Below are positions 1 through 11,455 of a DNA stretch of 55,301 bases, one piece after another. The position numbers and the translations under genes are program-made. The stretch lies in assembly GCF_001194135.2 (NCBI RefSeq), contig NC_068986.1, positions 38,923,439 to 38,978,739 on the forward strand, given 5' to 3'. The DNA is from Octopus bimaculoides. Lineage: Eukaryota. How positions within the stretch are numbered: the stretch's first letter is position 1; every line of letters begins with the position of its first letter. Below the pieces are notes generated by a model that did not search any database, was not told the origin of the DNA, and worked only from the letters and a program-made list of their open reading frames with translations.

Positions 1-83
<83 letters not shown>

Positions 84-113
84 GTGCGTGTGTATGTATG
101 TATATATATATAT
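1..113. repeat. (TG)n-(TA)n compound microsatellite
   Basis: Direct reading of dinucleotide runs. Confidence 0.98.
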
Positions 114-945
114 AGTGAGCATCATGCAAATAATAAACATGATTAAAAAAGCATGTGCATTAATTGAAATACCAAATAAATGAGATTTACAAATTAGAAT
201 CCAAAATGTGTCCGATTTCATTTTAAAATAATTACTGAGAGGAATGTTAAACTGTTTGCACTATTACGAATAGGAATTATAAATGTTTGCAGTGGAAAAG
301 AAATGAGGGGGAAGAAGGACAAAAAGAAAAAGAAATTATCAAGCAAACGATTATGGAACAAATAAATTTAGGCCAGCCAGCGATATAGCAACAATTATAA
401 TGAAAACATCACGAGATACATTCAACATAAAAATATACAAAGAAAGCAGAAAGAATTATCTTGATTCCGAAGAAAAATTGACAAGAGGGAAAATTAATAA
501 GGTGGAAGGTATTCAGATGATTTGATTACTAAAATATTTGAGTAAATATTTTTCATAGCGTCTGTTGATTTTTGGCACACACGCATATATATATATATAT
601 ATATAATCACAAACACACACATATGTGTGTAATAACACCAACAAAATATAGTGATGATGCAGTAGGGGAAAAAATCGAAGAGATATTATGTAACAACAGA
701 AGCAAGCACGGTGACGGAGTACTTTGACGGAAAAAAATGAATAATAAGCCAGATTTAGTGCGCATACAAAAATATATATCTACACCGATTTTGTATACAG
801 ATTGAATCACGACAAAAAAAAATACAAAAGAATCCTGTAATATAACTACATGCTATTACGCTTATATATATATTTCAACAAAAAAAAACAGCCAAACAAG
901 ATTTCAACTAAATGTACCCTTTACACAAAAACAAAACAAAGACTA

Positions 946-991
<46 letters not shown>

Positions 992-2352
992 GGTTGTTCT
1001 GGGTGATAATTAAAAATGAACGATGTGACGAGGGTGAAACGAATAGCAGAACCATCATGAGGCGAAGAGAATTTACAGGAAAAGACTGAGTCGTTATTTT
1101 TTTTTAGAAGCAAATGACATGGTATTCAGGAATCCATTTTTATTCTAACTTATGTATGTGTTTAGAAGATCAAAGTATATATTTAAGGCATTACACACAC
1201 ACACATTTATGCATTGTCCCTCTTACCATGTCGAAGTATAAGCCATTTATCTTTATTAAAAAGCATTATTCGAATAAATTTTCTTCCGTTTGTTGTTTGA
1301 AATATTTACCATTCAAATAATAAAACTGGTCATTAAGTAGAAATCAGTAATACGTTCGAGAAATATGAGAAAAGAAAGTAAATTTAATTTGAGCCAATAA
1401 TGTTCGCATATTTCTTGATCCTCATAGAATGTTCTAGAAAAAAGAAAAAAAAACTACGTCTGCATATATTGCTAATGTTTGCATATATATACGGTTAAGA
1501 TACCTGACATTAATAATAAAAGAAACTAATATAGATTAATTTGTAATATATAAAGCTATATTTGTTATTATTTCGAATTTCCTACATGACAAAACAAAAA
1601 CATTACAATGGGAAAGACAAGCAAGGATGAACCGAAACCCTAAACTGTCCAAGAGACTTTTCTTCATTTGTTCAGAAGTTGATTATTTTTCACAGCACAT
1701 AAGAAACCAGATTTTGTTAAAATGTATTATGACAACTTATAATGTATAATATAAATTAAATATGTTGAAAATTAAGCTATTTATATACCCAATGCCTAAT
1801 TTCAAAATGTCTGTGTATGATGGATGTTGTTGTAGAAGCTATTATTATTTATTTCATTGTCACAAAGATGATATAATAATAATAATGTGCTCTGGCAATA
1901 TAATAACATAAAGTGTAGTAGGTCTGAAATAGAGGTATATTATTACTATGGAAGTCAACTAAGCCATTGGGACAGGTCAAATGTCCTAGTCCTCGGTCCC
2001 TAGAGGCTTAATGTCTCCCACTAACTGGTTATTAATGAGTGATGTCATTAAGTGGAGAAAGGCCAAAGACAGCGAACTGCTAATGCAATAATAGTTTTCT
2101 CTTACTGGCTGCCCACTCTCCTACTAAGCCACCATACAAAGGCCTAATGGACATTTTAAGCTCAAGGGGAAAAAAACAGAAAATAAATACATAGGTCTTA
2201 TTATTACTATCAATCCAACTGATTTCTATTATTAAATATAAGAGCATTATTATTACTATCGTCATTTATATCGCTATTATTATTATGACATAGATATTGC
2301 TTAAGGGTGTAACGGTTTTGTCTAGTTGGTCGCTAATCACTGTGACTCTTAC

Positions 2353-2829
2353 CTCGTCTGTATTGTCTTGAAATTGGCGTCCAGGAGTTGCATGCTCATC
2401 TTCACTGTTGTAGCCGCCGTTCATGGAATCATATTCAGAAGGTGGGGAGCCACTACCGGCCACTCCAACCCCTACAGGGCCTGCTCCAGGCACTACACTC
2501 CCGCCAACTACAACGTGAGACGAAGATGATGTCGGAGGGTGATGACCCCCGCGAGGATCATGTCTATGTTTACGTACATTCCTATGTGGTGATGACCTGT
2601 GCCGTCTTTTGTTGTGGTTTGGGTTATTATCGTGTCCATCGTATGAGCTGCCACCTGAATCCCGTTTATCTTCGAAAGAAGTGGAAGCAGGAAGCCATCG
2701 GGTGGGAGAATTTCTAGAACGTCCCACTTTTTCGTGTCTAGATTCGTTTGAGGACGGGTGGTGGCTATGGTCCGTATTCTCTGGATCATTCTTATCCTTT
2801 GTTGTCTTCTTCTTTGGAAGAATAGTCAT
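2353..2829 (-). CDS. OTUD5: OTU domain deubiquitinase 5 (DUBA), first coding exon (159 codons, phase-0 end); downstream exons not found in the window
   Basis: Starts MTILPKKK, as I recall for human OTUD5. Contains a basic HNKRRHRSSP patch and the GGYNSEDE motif (human GAGYNSEDEY, around the CK2-phosphorylated Ser177). The frame ends at GAC GAG|GTAAGA, a canonical donor at 2352. The OTU catalytic domain is not in the window. Confidence 0.93.
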
Positions 2830-2959
2830 GTTTTAGAATTAGATAGACTCTTTACGTCCTTCTACAAATTTAATTGGCACTTGATATATGTTGTGAGCTG
2901 ATAGTGATCGCCCGTTCGATTCGCACTAGGCACTCTAATGGCAAACTGCCAGCGAAACG

Positions 2960-3390
2960 AAGTAAACATGGCGCCTGGACATTTGACGTCAGACAACGCA
3001 AACAGGAGAATTGACAAGGGAGATAATTAAGACACTGTCACTACCTTTTTGTTTATAAGATTATTTCAGGTTTTGTGAATAGTATCACTATCCACTTGCA
3101 TTTATATACACGCGCTCTCTCTTGGAAAATACATACATACGCATACACCCTCTCTATAAATATATATATACACAAAATTGATGTAGAAAAAATCTAGCCT
3201 TGTCCCATATAATTCCCAAAAATTTACTCGACGTAACAAGATAAGAAGAGTGTGTATATATGTGTTTGTGTTTAATAGTCGCGACCACTCAGGTAGCCAC
3301 ACAGTATACACACACACACATATACATATGTGAAACAAAGTAAAATTCATTGTCACAAACCGATACCAATAAGTGCGCACGCGCGCGAGT
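2960..3390. promoter_or_regulatory. CpG-rich promoter region upstream of OTUD5 with YY1-like (AAACATGGCG, 2964-2973), CRE (TGACGTCA, 2984-2991) and NRF1-type (TGCGCACGCGCG, 3374-3385) motifs
   Basis: Motif matches read from the sequence. CpGs are retained across about 2300-3900, against strong depletion further right. Motif function is inferred. Confidence 0.55.
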
Positions 3391-4099
3391 ACTTGAGATT
3401 TCTATTATTTATTTTCTAAATAACATTTCCTTTTAATTAACGTACGTTTTAAACAAAAAATATCAGTCAGTAGCAGTCTAAACATTAGTAAAACATATGC
3501 TGAAATAGTGAGCCGTCGGTGTTGTTTTGTTTTCTATTTAATTACCCTGTGCGTTTTATAGACGAAATCCCACACTTGCTTACAGATAGTAGTTCCCTGG
3601 TATAAACAAAAGAGGCGTATGTTACGGGAGAAAAGTAGAACCGTATGTTTTCAACGTGTTTCTTAGTCCTTTTCTTTGCCGTCGCAGAACCTAAACCGAA
3701 ACTTTGCTATCTATATCTTCTTAGGACACAACCCTAACATACATGCATAGACCTTTTTGTTTATATTTCAGATTTATGTCAACGGAGACCGTAACCTTCC
3801 CACTCAAATGACTTTCGTTGTTTATTGTTTTGAAAAATAGATATTTACAAAACGATAAGTGAAGTCTGTAAACTTTTTTCTTCTATTTCTGACCACGACC
3901 GTTCATCAAATTAATGAAAAATTAGTCTGATCACGCTGCTTTGGTTTCAAATGTCCATGTTCTTTTAAAATTTCCCTCAAATGAATTATACATTTAATTG
4001 AATAGGTTACCATCAGTTCGTTCAAGTACTTTCTGATGCAATAACTTTACCTATGTAAAAATAGGAAGCTTAGCATGTCTAGTATTTCTTTAATTTAAA

Positions 4100-4470
4100 T
4101 CAGTTGTTGTTTTTAGCACCCAAGTCAGCTGTCATCCAGCAAACCTATGATCGAAGTATTACAACTGAGACCAGCCCGTCTTATTTTCGGATCACATTGT
4201 CCAATGTGTCCCTCCTAGTTTTTAAAACGGTAAGGTATTATTAAGGTTGCGATTTAGAAGATGTTTAGCCCAGGTCAACTCTGGTCTACCAGATCTATGA
4301 TGAAAGGAATTATAGCCGTAACTATTCCGTCTTTTTCTTTTTAGACAGTTTATCTCAAATTATATTACCCAATGTATCTTTTTTCTTAAGACAGCAGAAT
4401 GTTATTTGAAAGATTTGATTGTTATTTCTGACAGGTCAAACGAGCCTATAGACGCTCTCTTGTTGGGGAT
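4100..4470. repeat. Unclassified dispersed repeat, two degenerate tandem units; relatives at about 9255-9480 (inverted) and 54880-55070
   Basis: Shared segments of the type acctatgat..aaagg.att.cagc and atttga..ga.atttg..tgctatttct recur at three loci. Confidence 0.45.
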
Positions 4471-4657
4471 ATATTTGGTAGAAATATAGTCTCATTGAGA
4501 TGATGAGGTACAGTTTCTTTATGGAGAAGATAAGCTTCAGCTGTATGTGAGTCCATAAATCATTGGATTTTTTTATTTTTTTTATGTTGGCTACGTAGGA
4601 TAATAACAACGGCAACTATTGGTACTCATCTCTTCCTGGTGTCAGAACATAAGAAGG

Positions 4658-4743
4658 AACAAATGTTGCTTCAGAAAACTATTTTGGTGTACCAGTACAA
4701 ATCTGGTACACCAACAAGATAGTGTTCTGAAGCAACATTTGTT
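4658..4743. other. Near-perfect hairpin (38-nt left arm, 7-nt loop)
   Basis: Left arm aacaaatgttgcttcagaaaactattttggtgtaccag (4658-4695) and right arm ctggtacaccaacaagatagtgttctgaagcaacatttgtt (4703-4743) are reverse complements apart from a 3-nt bulge and one mismatch. Confidence 0.85.
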
Positions 4744-5889
4744 ACTCCTATATCCAACCTAATCATACATTTGCAATTATCAACCTAAAAGTCAATAATC
4801 AAGCTAGTCACAGAAATCAACCAGCAAACTCCAACAACTACTAGAAGGTACTAAAATCAGTGAGAAAAACTTGAAAGAGGCAGTGTGTCAGAGTGCAGAA
4901 GAGAGAAGTAGGTGTAGGAAATGAACACAGAAAGAAAGGTAGATTCAAGATCATACCTGAAAATAGATTGTTGAACACTAAAAGGTTAAGATCAAGTGAA
5001 ACCACAGCTGATCAGAGAGAGGATTCGAAAGTTGAGTACCAATTAATGGACTTTAGAATTAAATGAAGCTACAGAAAATAAGAAACATTGAATAGAACTG
5101 AAGGGAACACACCAAACCAAAATGATGTTAAAACTATGAGACTGTTTAAGAAATGAATGACAGAAACAAGAAGTAATTTGAATATGTTTATCAAGGACAA
5201 GAATGAAAAGATCTTGTCAAAAAAAGAACAAGATGTATACTGGGTGAAATATGAGGGTAGACTGACTATGAAGGAGTGATGCTAAAGCTGTGAAATCTTG
5301 CATGCATTCATTTCAACTATCCTTATTAATAGCTTCATTATTTCTTTCCGGATAGGCTGACATCTGACTGTTCAAAGAAGACTTCAAAAGTAGTAGCAAT
5401 TTCTGAAAATGGACAAAATTTAGTATCGTAGTATTATCAAGTACTTGCAGAAAAAGGGTTTCGTCCCCAAGGACATTCATGCCAACATGGTTACTACATT
5501 AGGGGATGATGCTCCAGCTTTATCAACAGGGCAAAAGTGGGCAGTTGAATTTAGGAGTGGGAGGTAGAATCTTGGAGATGACCCAAAGTCTGGACGCCCT
5601 GCAACTACCACCACCAAGGAAAACATTGATCATGTTTATCACATGGCGATGGATGACAGGCAATTGACTATAAATTAAACAGCCAATGCTGTTAGCATAT
5701 CTTGTGAGAGTATGGAGAATATTCTGCACAATGAACTTGGCATGGCAAAGGTTTCTGCTCAGTGGGTGCCATTTTTTTCTGACACCTTATCAAAAGCACC
5801 CCAAGCTGATCACATCATGAGAAAATCTGACATTGTTTGAGGCAAATCCAGCTGCTTTCCTTGAATGTTTCCTAAGCTAGGATGAGTGT

Positions 5890-5973
5890 TGGCTTTATCA
5901 CTTTCAGTCAGAGACAATGGCTTTATCACTTTCAATCAGAGACAATGGCTTTATCACTTTCAGTCAGAGACAA
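5890..5973 (+). repeat. 28-bp tandem triplication inside the mariner transposase
   Basis: tggctttatcactttca(g/a)tcagagacaa x3 (5890-5917, 5918-5945, 5946-5973), no spacers. Confidence 0.95.
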
Positions 5974-6285
5974 AGAGACAATCCATGCAGTGGAAACATC
6001 TCCTCACCTGCTCCAAAGAAGGCCATCTGCAGTGAAGGTAATGGCCTCAGTTCTGGGGGATGCAAAAGGCATTTGGTTGACTATCTTCAAAAGGGCCACA
6101 CCACCAAGGGAGAACATGATGCCAACTTGCCGAGGCAGTTATGAAGGGCTATCAAGACCAAACACCCAGGAAAACTGATGAAAGGGGTGGAGTCTTGTTT
6201 CATGAGGACAATGCTCCAGCACAGAAGTCTTTGGTTTCAGTGGCTATTGCATGTGACTTGACTTTGAATTGGTTGATCACCTCCC

Positions 6286-6466
6286 TCAATCAATGTCCAA
6301 TATTTTAAATCTGGGTTTGTCACCGTTTATGGGGGTGGCTGGATCTATCTCACTCCTAACAACTGCTCTCACATCATCTCGCCATCTCACCTGGTTTTGG
6401 GTGTCCTCCCTCCTCAAGCCAACCCTCCCAATCTCCTCCACCTGTCCCCTCCACATTTTCATTGAT
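6286..6466 (-). mobile_element. About 180-bp 3' fragment of an RTE-like LINE inserted antisense into the mariner
   Basis: Interrupts the LVDH-P/PYSPD motif. The minus strand reads GLRREDTQNQVRWRDDVRAVV, then a gatccagccacccccataaacggtgacaaacc 3' UTR and a ttga-type tail. Confidence 0.6.
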
Positions 6467-6849
6467 CCCTATTCTGATTTAGCCCCATCTGACTATCATC
6501 TGCTCCCTAACATGAAAAAGCACATGGCTGGAAACCTGTATTGCAACAATGATGATGTTGATGACTTTTTTTGACCAAGAGGATGAAAGCTTCTTCACCA
6601 ATAAGATCAAAGTACTGCAACACTGATGGAAGAAATGTGTGGATCACAAGAGGGACTATATTGAAAAATCAGTCTTATTTGATTATATTCTATGAGAGTA
6701 TCTTGGTCAGCCTGGAACTTTTCAGCCAATCCTCATATACTGGTTGAAGTATTTCAGTGAAACTTTGAACCAATCAACACTAGCTTCATTATTCACTTTC
6801 AGTACCAACCTACCATCAGTTGATTTAGTAATAAAGTTTTGGCTTCTTA

Positions 6850-8110
6850 CCATTTAAAATTGTGAAGGCATTCAAATCAATAAAAGACAACAAAGTTGCT
6901 GGACTAGATCAAATTTCAGCTGAGTTGATGAACTTTGATAGTGCAGCATTGTACAGAAGCTGAGTAGTTTTCAGAATGCAAAATGTACCCTGAAGACCAG
7001 GTGAGAGATGTGATCTTCAAACTAACAAAGAAGGGCAATATGGTAGCATGCAGTACCTGGATAGAGTAATTTTACTGTCAGACCCTCGAAAAGTGTTATG
7101 TGCTGACACCAGCACACTGGTGCACAAACAGACAAAAGAAATGCAGCTCCAATAATGGACAGTCAACATCCATTGACAAGGTTGCAAAAGCAACGAAAAT
7201 TTTGGAAGAAAAAATATATAAATAACAAATGAGTAGAAATTGAACCAGTATGTTATATATTAAGGCAGTACAACTCTCCCTAGACACAACAAAATTTGCT
7301 TCAATACACAAATTCAAATAAAACATCTTGCAAACCAGATACAAAAACAAAGTGGACAAGTAATTATATGAATAGAACAATTTGGCTTTAGTAGAGTTGA
7401 GGGAAGAAAATCAAGCTGTAAGCTTGATTTTCATAAACTAGCATTGAGAATATCATCACCCTTTGTCTCAACTTCAATGACTTCAAGAAAATATTTAACA
7501 ATGCACATTGAGTGTAACTCTGGAACAGCCTGCTATCACATGATAGATTTATATATGTCAGTATCTTCAGAAATATCTATCTAAATTCAAGTTGCTGTAC
7601 GATGAATACAAGCACAGCTGACTTCTTCAATATTGTTGTTGGTTGTGACAGGGTTATGTCTTATTTCCACTGTTGCATCTTTTTACATTAAACTTTATCA
7701 AGAGGAAATTAACCTGGTGAACTTGGACATTGCCTGGCAGATCTGGACTTTGCTAGTGACATTGCACTGCTTTCAAAAAACAACAATGAGCTACAGTCAA
7801 TGAGAATCAACCTGGAACAAGCTAGTGGAAAAGTTTGGCCAAGTAGGGAAAAGACCAAATTTTTTAAAGAAAATGCACAGATGTATATGGATCAACAGTC
7901 AGTTGAACAAAACCAACGATTCATATATCTTAACAGAATTTTGACTCATGCTGGAGATGCTGAAGTTGGAAAGCATCAAACATGTTTAAGAAAATGCACC
8001 CGGTTTGGCCAACAGCAACTCTTGATGCTGTGAACAAATTTCTATACAACTATTGTCCTTCCCACAGTCATCTCTTCCAAGAAGAGTTGGACAGTCATGG
8101 CCAAAATATC
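6850..8110 (+). mobile_element. RTE-clade LINE reverse transcriptase relic
   Basis: Decayed frames give KVAGLDQISAEL and LADLDFA(S)DIALLS (FADD-box region). Confidence 0.7.
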
Positions 8111-8309
8111 AGAAAGGGATGAACATTAAATGAAATTCAGGTACTTTTCCATTAGTCAATGACATCAGTTTATTAATGCATGCTTGTAAATTAGTGCAGA
8201 TTATAAGAGGTTCCAAACTATCAGTGTCCAGAAAGTCTGAATCATTATTCTTGTCTTAAATAGTTAAGCAATATCTCACATATAGATATGATGCTAGTCT
8301 ATTACTAGT

Positions 8310-8735
8310 TTCATTCATGGAAGGATTTGAACTCAGCAAGGCAAGTTAACAAAGCATTTGACAATAGTACAGTGCTGTTGTTGCTTAAGTGGTAGATTAA
8401 GGGAATCAGAGCATTGGACAAATTATCTGCAGTACTTAGTTGTAACTCTTTATGTTCTGTGTTCAAATCCTGTCATTAACTTTGGCCTTCATCCTTCCAA
8501 GATCAATAAAATATGAACTAAAGTAGATCTAATTTTATTAAATAGCATTCCAAATAGAAATAACAGCTTTAAATTTTGGCATAAAGCCAGCAATTGTGAG
8601 GGAGTAGGGAGGTTGATTACATCGCCCCTAATGTTATTTTATCGATCCCAAAAGGATGACTGGCGAAGTCAACCTCAGACAAAATGCTTAGCAACATTTC
8701 TTAGCTAACAATTCTGCTAGATTGCTGTCTTATAT
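8310..8735. mobile_element. Degenerate copies of tRNA-headed SINE family B in opposite orientations
   Basis: gttcaaatcc B-box-like head and gccttcatcctt...gatcaataaaat core on plus; mirror segments on minus. Confidence 0.55.
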
Positions 8736-9523
8736 ATAAATGGAAATAATAAAAGACTCTCAGCAGTGAGCTGTACCTAATCATTTTCCTTGTATGATGA
8801 GTCTCTTAAGTCTCCATGTGGTTTTTAAAGATTGATGCTGTGCTCTAATTTCTTATCATTAATCAAAGGAAAGATAGCTCACTTTCCTGAATAGAACCAG
8901 AACCAATCTATGTGAAAAAAAAATACAAGAGTTTATAGAAACTATATAGTTGAGTAACATTTTCAGAGGTTCTAGAGTCTATTCTCTACAGTTGTGTATA
9001 TTAAAGTGCATAGCATCAAATGTAGAGTCCAAATAACAAAATACATACAATGTATATGTACTCAAGATATGTGGGAGAGTAGTCTAACACATCATTTCAC
9101 TTCTGCTGTGAGTTCATTTATAGTGAGGTAGACTGAAACAGAGGAGAGTTAAATGGACATAGCGCTAAATGAAGTAAAATAAATTATTGTCCTTTCAACT
9201 CGTTGGATGATATTGCATCAGCTCAACTATTTGTAGAAAAACTGCTCCTGCATATGTAATGTTTAGACCTACTAGTTATCATACTCTTTAGAATTGAAAT
9301 AGCTTTAATAAGCCAGTAAGGAAGCCTTTACAGGGTTCACCATCCTACTAGAAATAGCAACCAAATCTCCTTCAAATTACTCCCTGTCATGTTAAGTAAA
9401 GTCACTGAATAATGTGATCACAGACACACTGTTTGAAAAATATGGGATGATCATGGCTGGAACCCCATTGAGTCTAAGGCTGAACTAGGGGAAGATAGCA
9501 ACAACAACAAAACTGTTTTTGTA

Positions 9524-9644
<121 letters not shown>

Positions 9645-9734
9645 GCCTTGAAAGCCATGTATTCTCTTCAGCAAAACACTTGTTCCTATCCCTCTATCAT
9701 ACATTTGCATCTCTCAATACTATATCCCATTCAG

Positions 9735-10035
9735 TTGAAGGATCTTGTCTTGTAAGTGTTTGGTGATGTCACTAGTGCTGGTGCTGCATAAAAAGTATCC
9801 AGTACACTCTTTAAAGTGATTGATGTTAAGAAGGGCATCCAGCTGTAGAAACCATGCCATAATAGACATAGGAGCTCAATGCAATCCTTTACCTTGCCGA
9901 TTCCTGTTAAACCATCTAACCCATGCCAGCATTGAAAAAAGAGGACATTGAATGATGATGATGGTGTTGATAATGATGACAATGATGATGATGACAGCAA
10001 CAATGACAATGACAATGATGGCAATGACAGCAACG
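9735..10035 (+). mobile_element. Old copy of the RTE-type 3' tail followed by an expanded (GAT/GAC/AAT)n tract
   Basis: aagaagggcatccagctgtagaaacc...aacccatgccagcat...gacattgaatgatgatg matches the tail at 27500-27645. Confidence 0.7.
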
Positions 10036-10203
10036 AGGCCACTTTAGATCTCTTTGATTTTAATCTACTAATTTTAATCCAGCTCCACTCAAAATATTGT
10101 CATAATTTATCTTTCAGCTTCTCTCCTTCCTAAGATCTTGTGTTAATCTATATACTACACCCTTAGAACTTTCTGATTTAACAGGCACCACTTGTTTTCT
10201 TAA

Positions 10204-10513
10204 CGAAACACTTTCAAACTTGGGATACTGGTAGAATGTGTCATATAAAACATCTTTTTCTCTTAGCCTTCTAAACAAAAATTTATATATTGCAAGTTAT
10301 TTCATGTTAAAGTTGTCGTATTTCTGTAATGACACCATTAGAACATGTTGTTTACATTCCACGGCAGTAATTGTTTTCACCTCAATAGACGTCAGTGATT
10401 GGTTGAAATTACCGAAATGCGACAATTTTTTACATGAAATAACTTCGAATACAAAATTTTTATCTGTTCTATAACACAAAATATACAAGTATACGAAGTT
10501 TGAAAGTGTTTCG
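10204..10513. mobile_element. Palindromic MITE with long imperfect inverted arms
   Basis: cgaaacactttcaaactt (10204-10221) is the exact reverse complement of 10496-10513. An inner pair aagttatttcatgt / acatgaaataactt is also inverted. CpGs are retained. Confidence 0.75.
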
Positions 10514-10754
10514 GTACCAAAAACACTACATAAAACATAAATGAAAAGTGTTGCCCGTCAAATCAGAAAGATCCGATTTTTCTTCTCAACAATTGGAATG
10601 GGAAAAAATAAATATGTGGATCATTCTCAGCTAATCCATTCATCACTTTGCTCCAGATGGTTCTCAACAGGTTATAAGTTCAATCCTAGCAATGATTTGA
10701 TGAATAAAACACTGATGCACAAGTTTGAATGGTATATTAATGTTATTGTTAATG

Positions 10755-10975
10755 CAATGAACTGGCAGAATTGTTAGCGTGCCAAACAAATGCTTATAGC
10801 ATTTCGTCCATATTTATGTGTTGAGTTCAAGTTCCACTAAGCCCAACTTCATCGTTAATCCCTTCAGAGTCAATAAAATAAGTACCAGTTGTGCAGTGGG
10901 ATCAATGTAATTCCCTAGCCTCTCTCCTCTCTTGCCAAATTTCAGGCCTTGTGCCTTTAGTAGAAAGAAATATCA
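10755..10975 (+). mobile_element. SINE family B copy
   Basis: ctggcagaattgttagc A-box-like and gagttcaagttcc B-box-like head; ends aatttcaggccttgtgcctttagtagaaag. Confidence 0.8.
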
Positions 10976-11099
10976 ATGTTGTTGTTTAGCTCCAACAAGT
11001 CAGCTCTATTCAAGCCATTCATGTTTTCTTTTATCAGATATAATGTACTCCTGTGTTTTTTTTTAAGGCAGAAGGGTCCTATTTTAGGGAAATTTAATT

Positions 11100-11455
11100 G
11101 CTACCACATGGTTCCAAGTTCAGTGTTCAGTCCCACTGCAGGACACTTGAGCAAATGTCTTCCATTATAGCCTCAAGTCAACTTAAGCCTTGTGAGTGGA
11201 TTTGGTAGACGGAAACTGAAAGAAGCTCATCTTTTATATGTATGTATATATATCTATGTGTGTGTGTCTTCATGTCTGTGTTTTTCCCCCACCTCTACTT
11301 GACAACTAGTGTTGGTGTGTTTACATTCCGGTAACTTAGTGGTTCAGCAAAAGGAGACCACTAGAATAAGTACCAGGCTTAACAAAAAAATTCTTCACTG
11401 TGGTACCCCAGCATGACTGCAGTCTAATGACTTAAACAAGAAAAAGTCAAAGATA
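11100..11455 (+). mobile_element. SINE family A copy (tRNA-like head, central microsatellite, gact.aaacaag.aaaag tail)
   Basis: ccacatggttcc..gttcagtccc head, ggatttggtagacggaaactgaaagaagc core, (TA/TG)n, then the conserved tail. Confidence 0.85.

Larger units (their letters stand above)
5250..6737 (+). mobile_element. Mariner (DD34D-type) DNA transposon, near full length, transposase pseudogenised
   Basis: ATG at 5409 begins MDKI*YRSIIKYLQKKG. The decayed frame retains an SGRP HTH linker, WVP motif, DECW, HEDNAPA and PYS(P)DLAPSDYHL. The right terminus is ggtcagcctggaacttttcagccaatcctca|TA and the left terminus is a degenerate TA|TGAGGG. Multiple stops and frameshifts. Confidence 0.9.

Noticed and set aside
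1-2352. OTUD5 exon 2 (start of the OTU domain)
   Set aside because: No minus-strand segment resembling ..FEKALxxKKGFxIKxMxEDGACLFRA was found; it probably lies beyond the window's left edge.
2326-2836. Plus-strand and alternative-frame ORFs overlapping OTUD5 exon 1
   Set aside because: Shadow ORFs of a GC-rich coding exon; no recognisable product.
5890-5973. 28-bp direct repeats as a CRISPR array
   Set aside because: No spacers, located inside a mariner transposase, eukaryotic context, no cas genes.
9948-10133. Asp/Asn-rich ORF as a biomineralisation-type protein
   Set aside because: It derives from the expanded (GAT/GAC/AAT)n tail of a retroelement.
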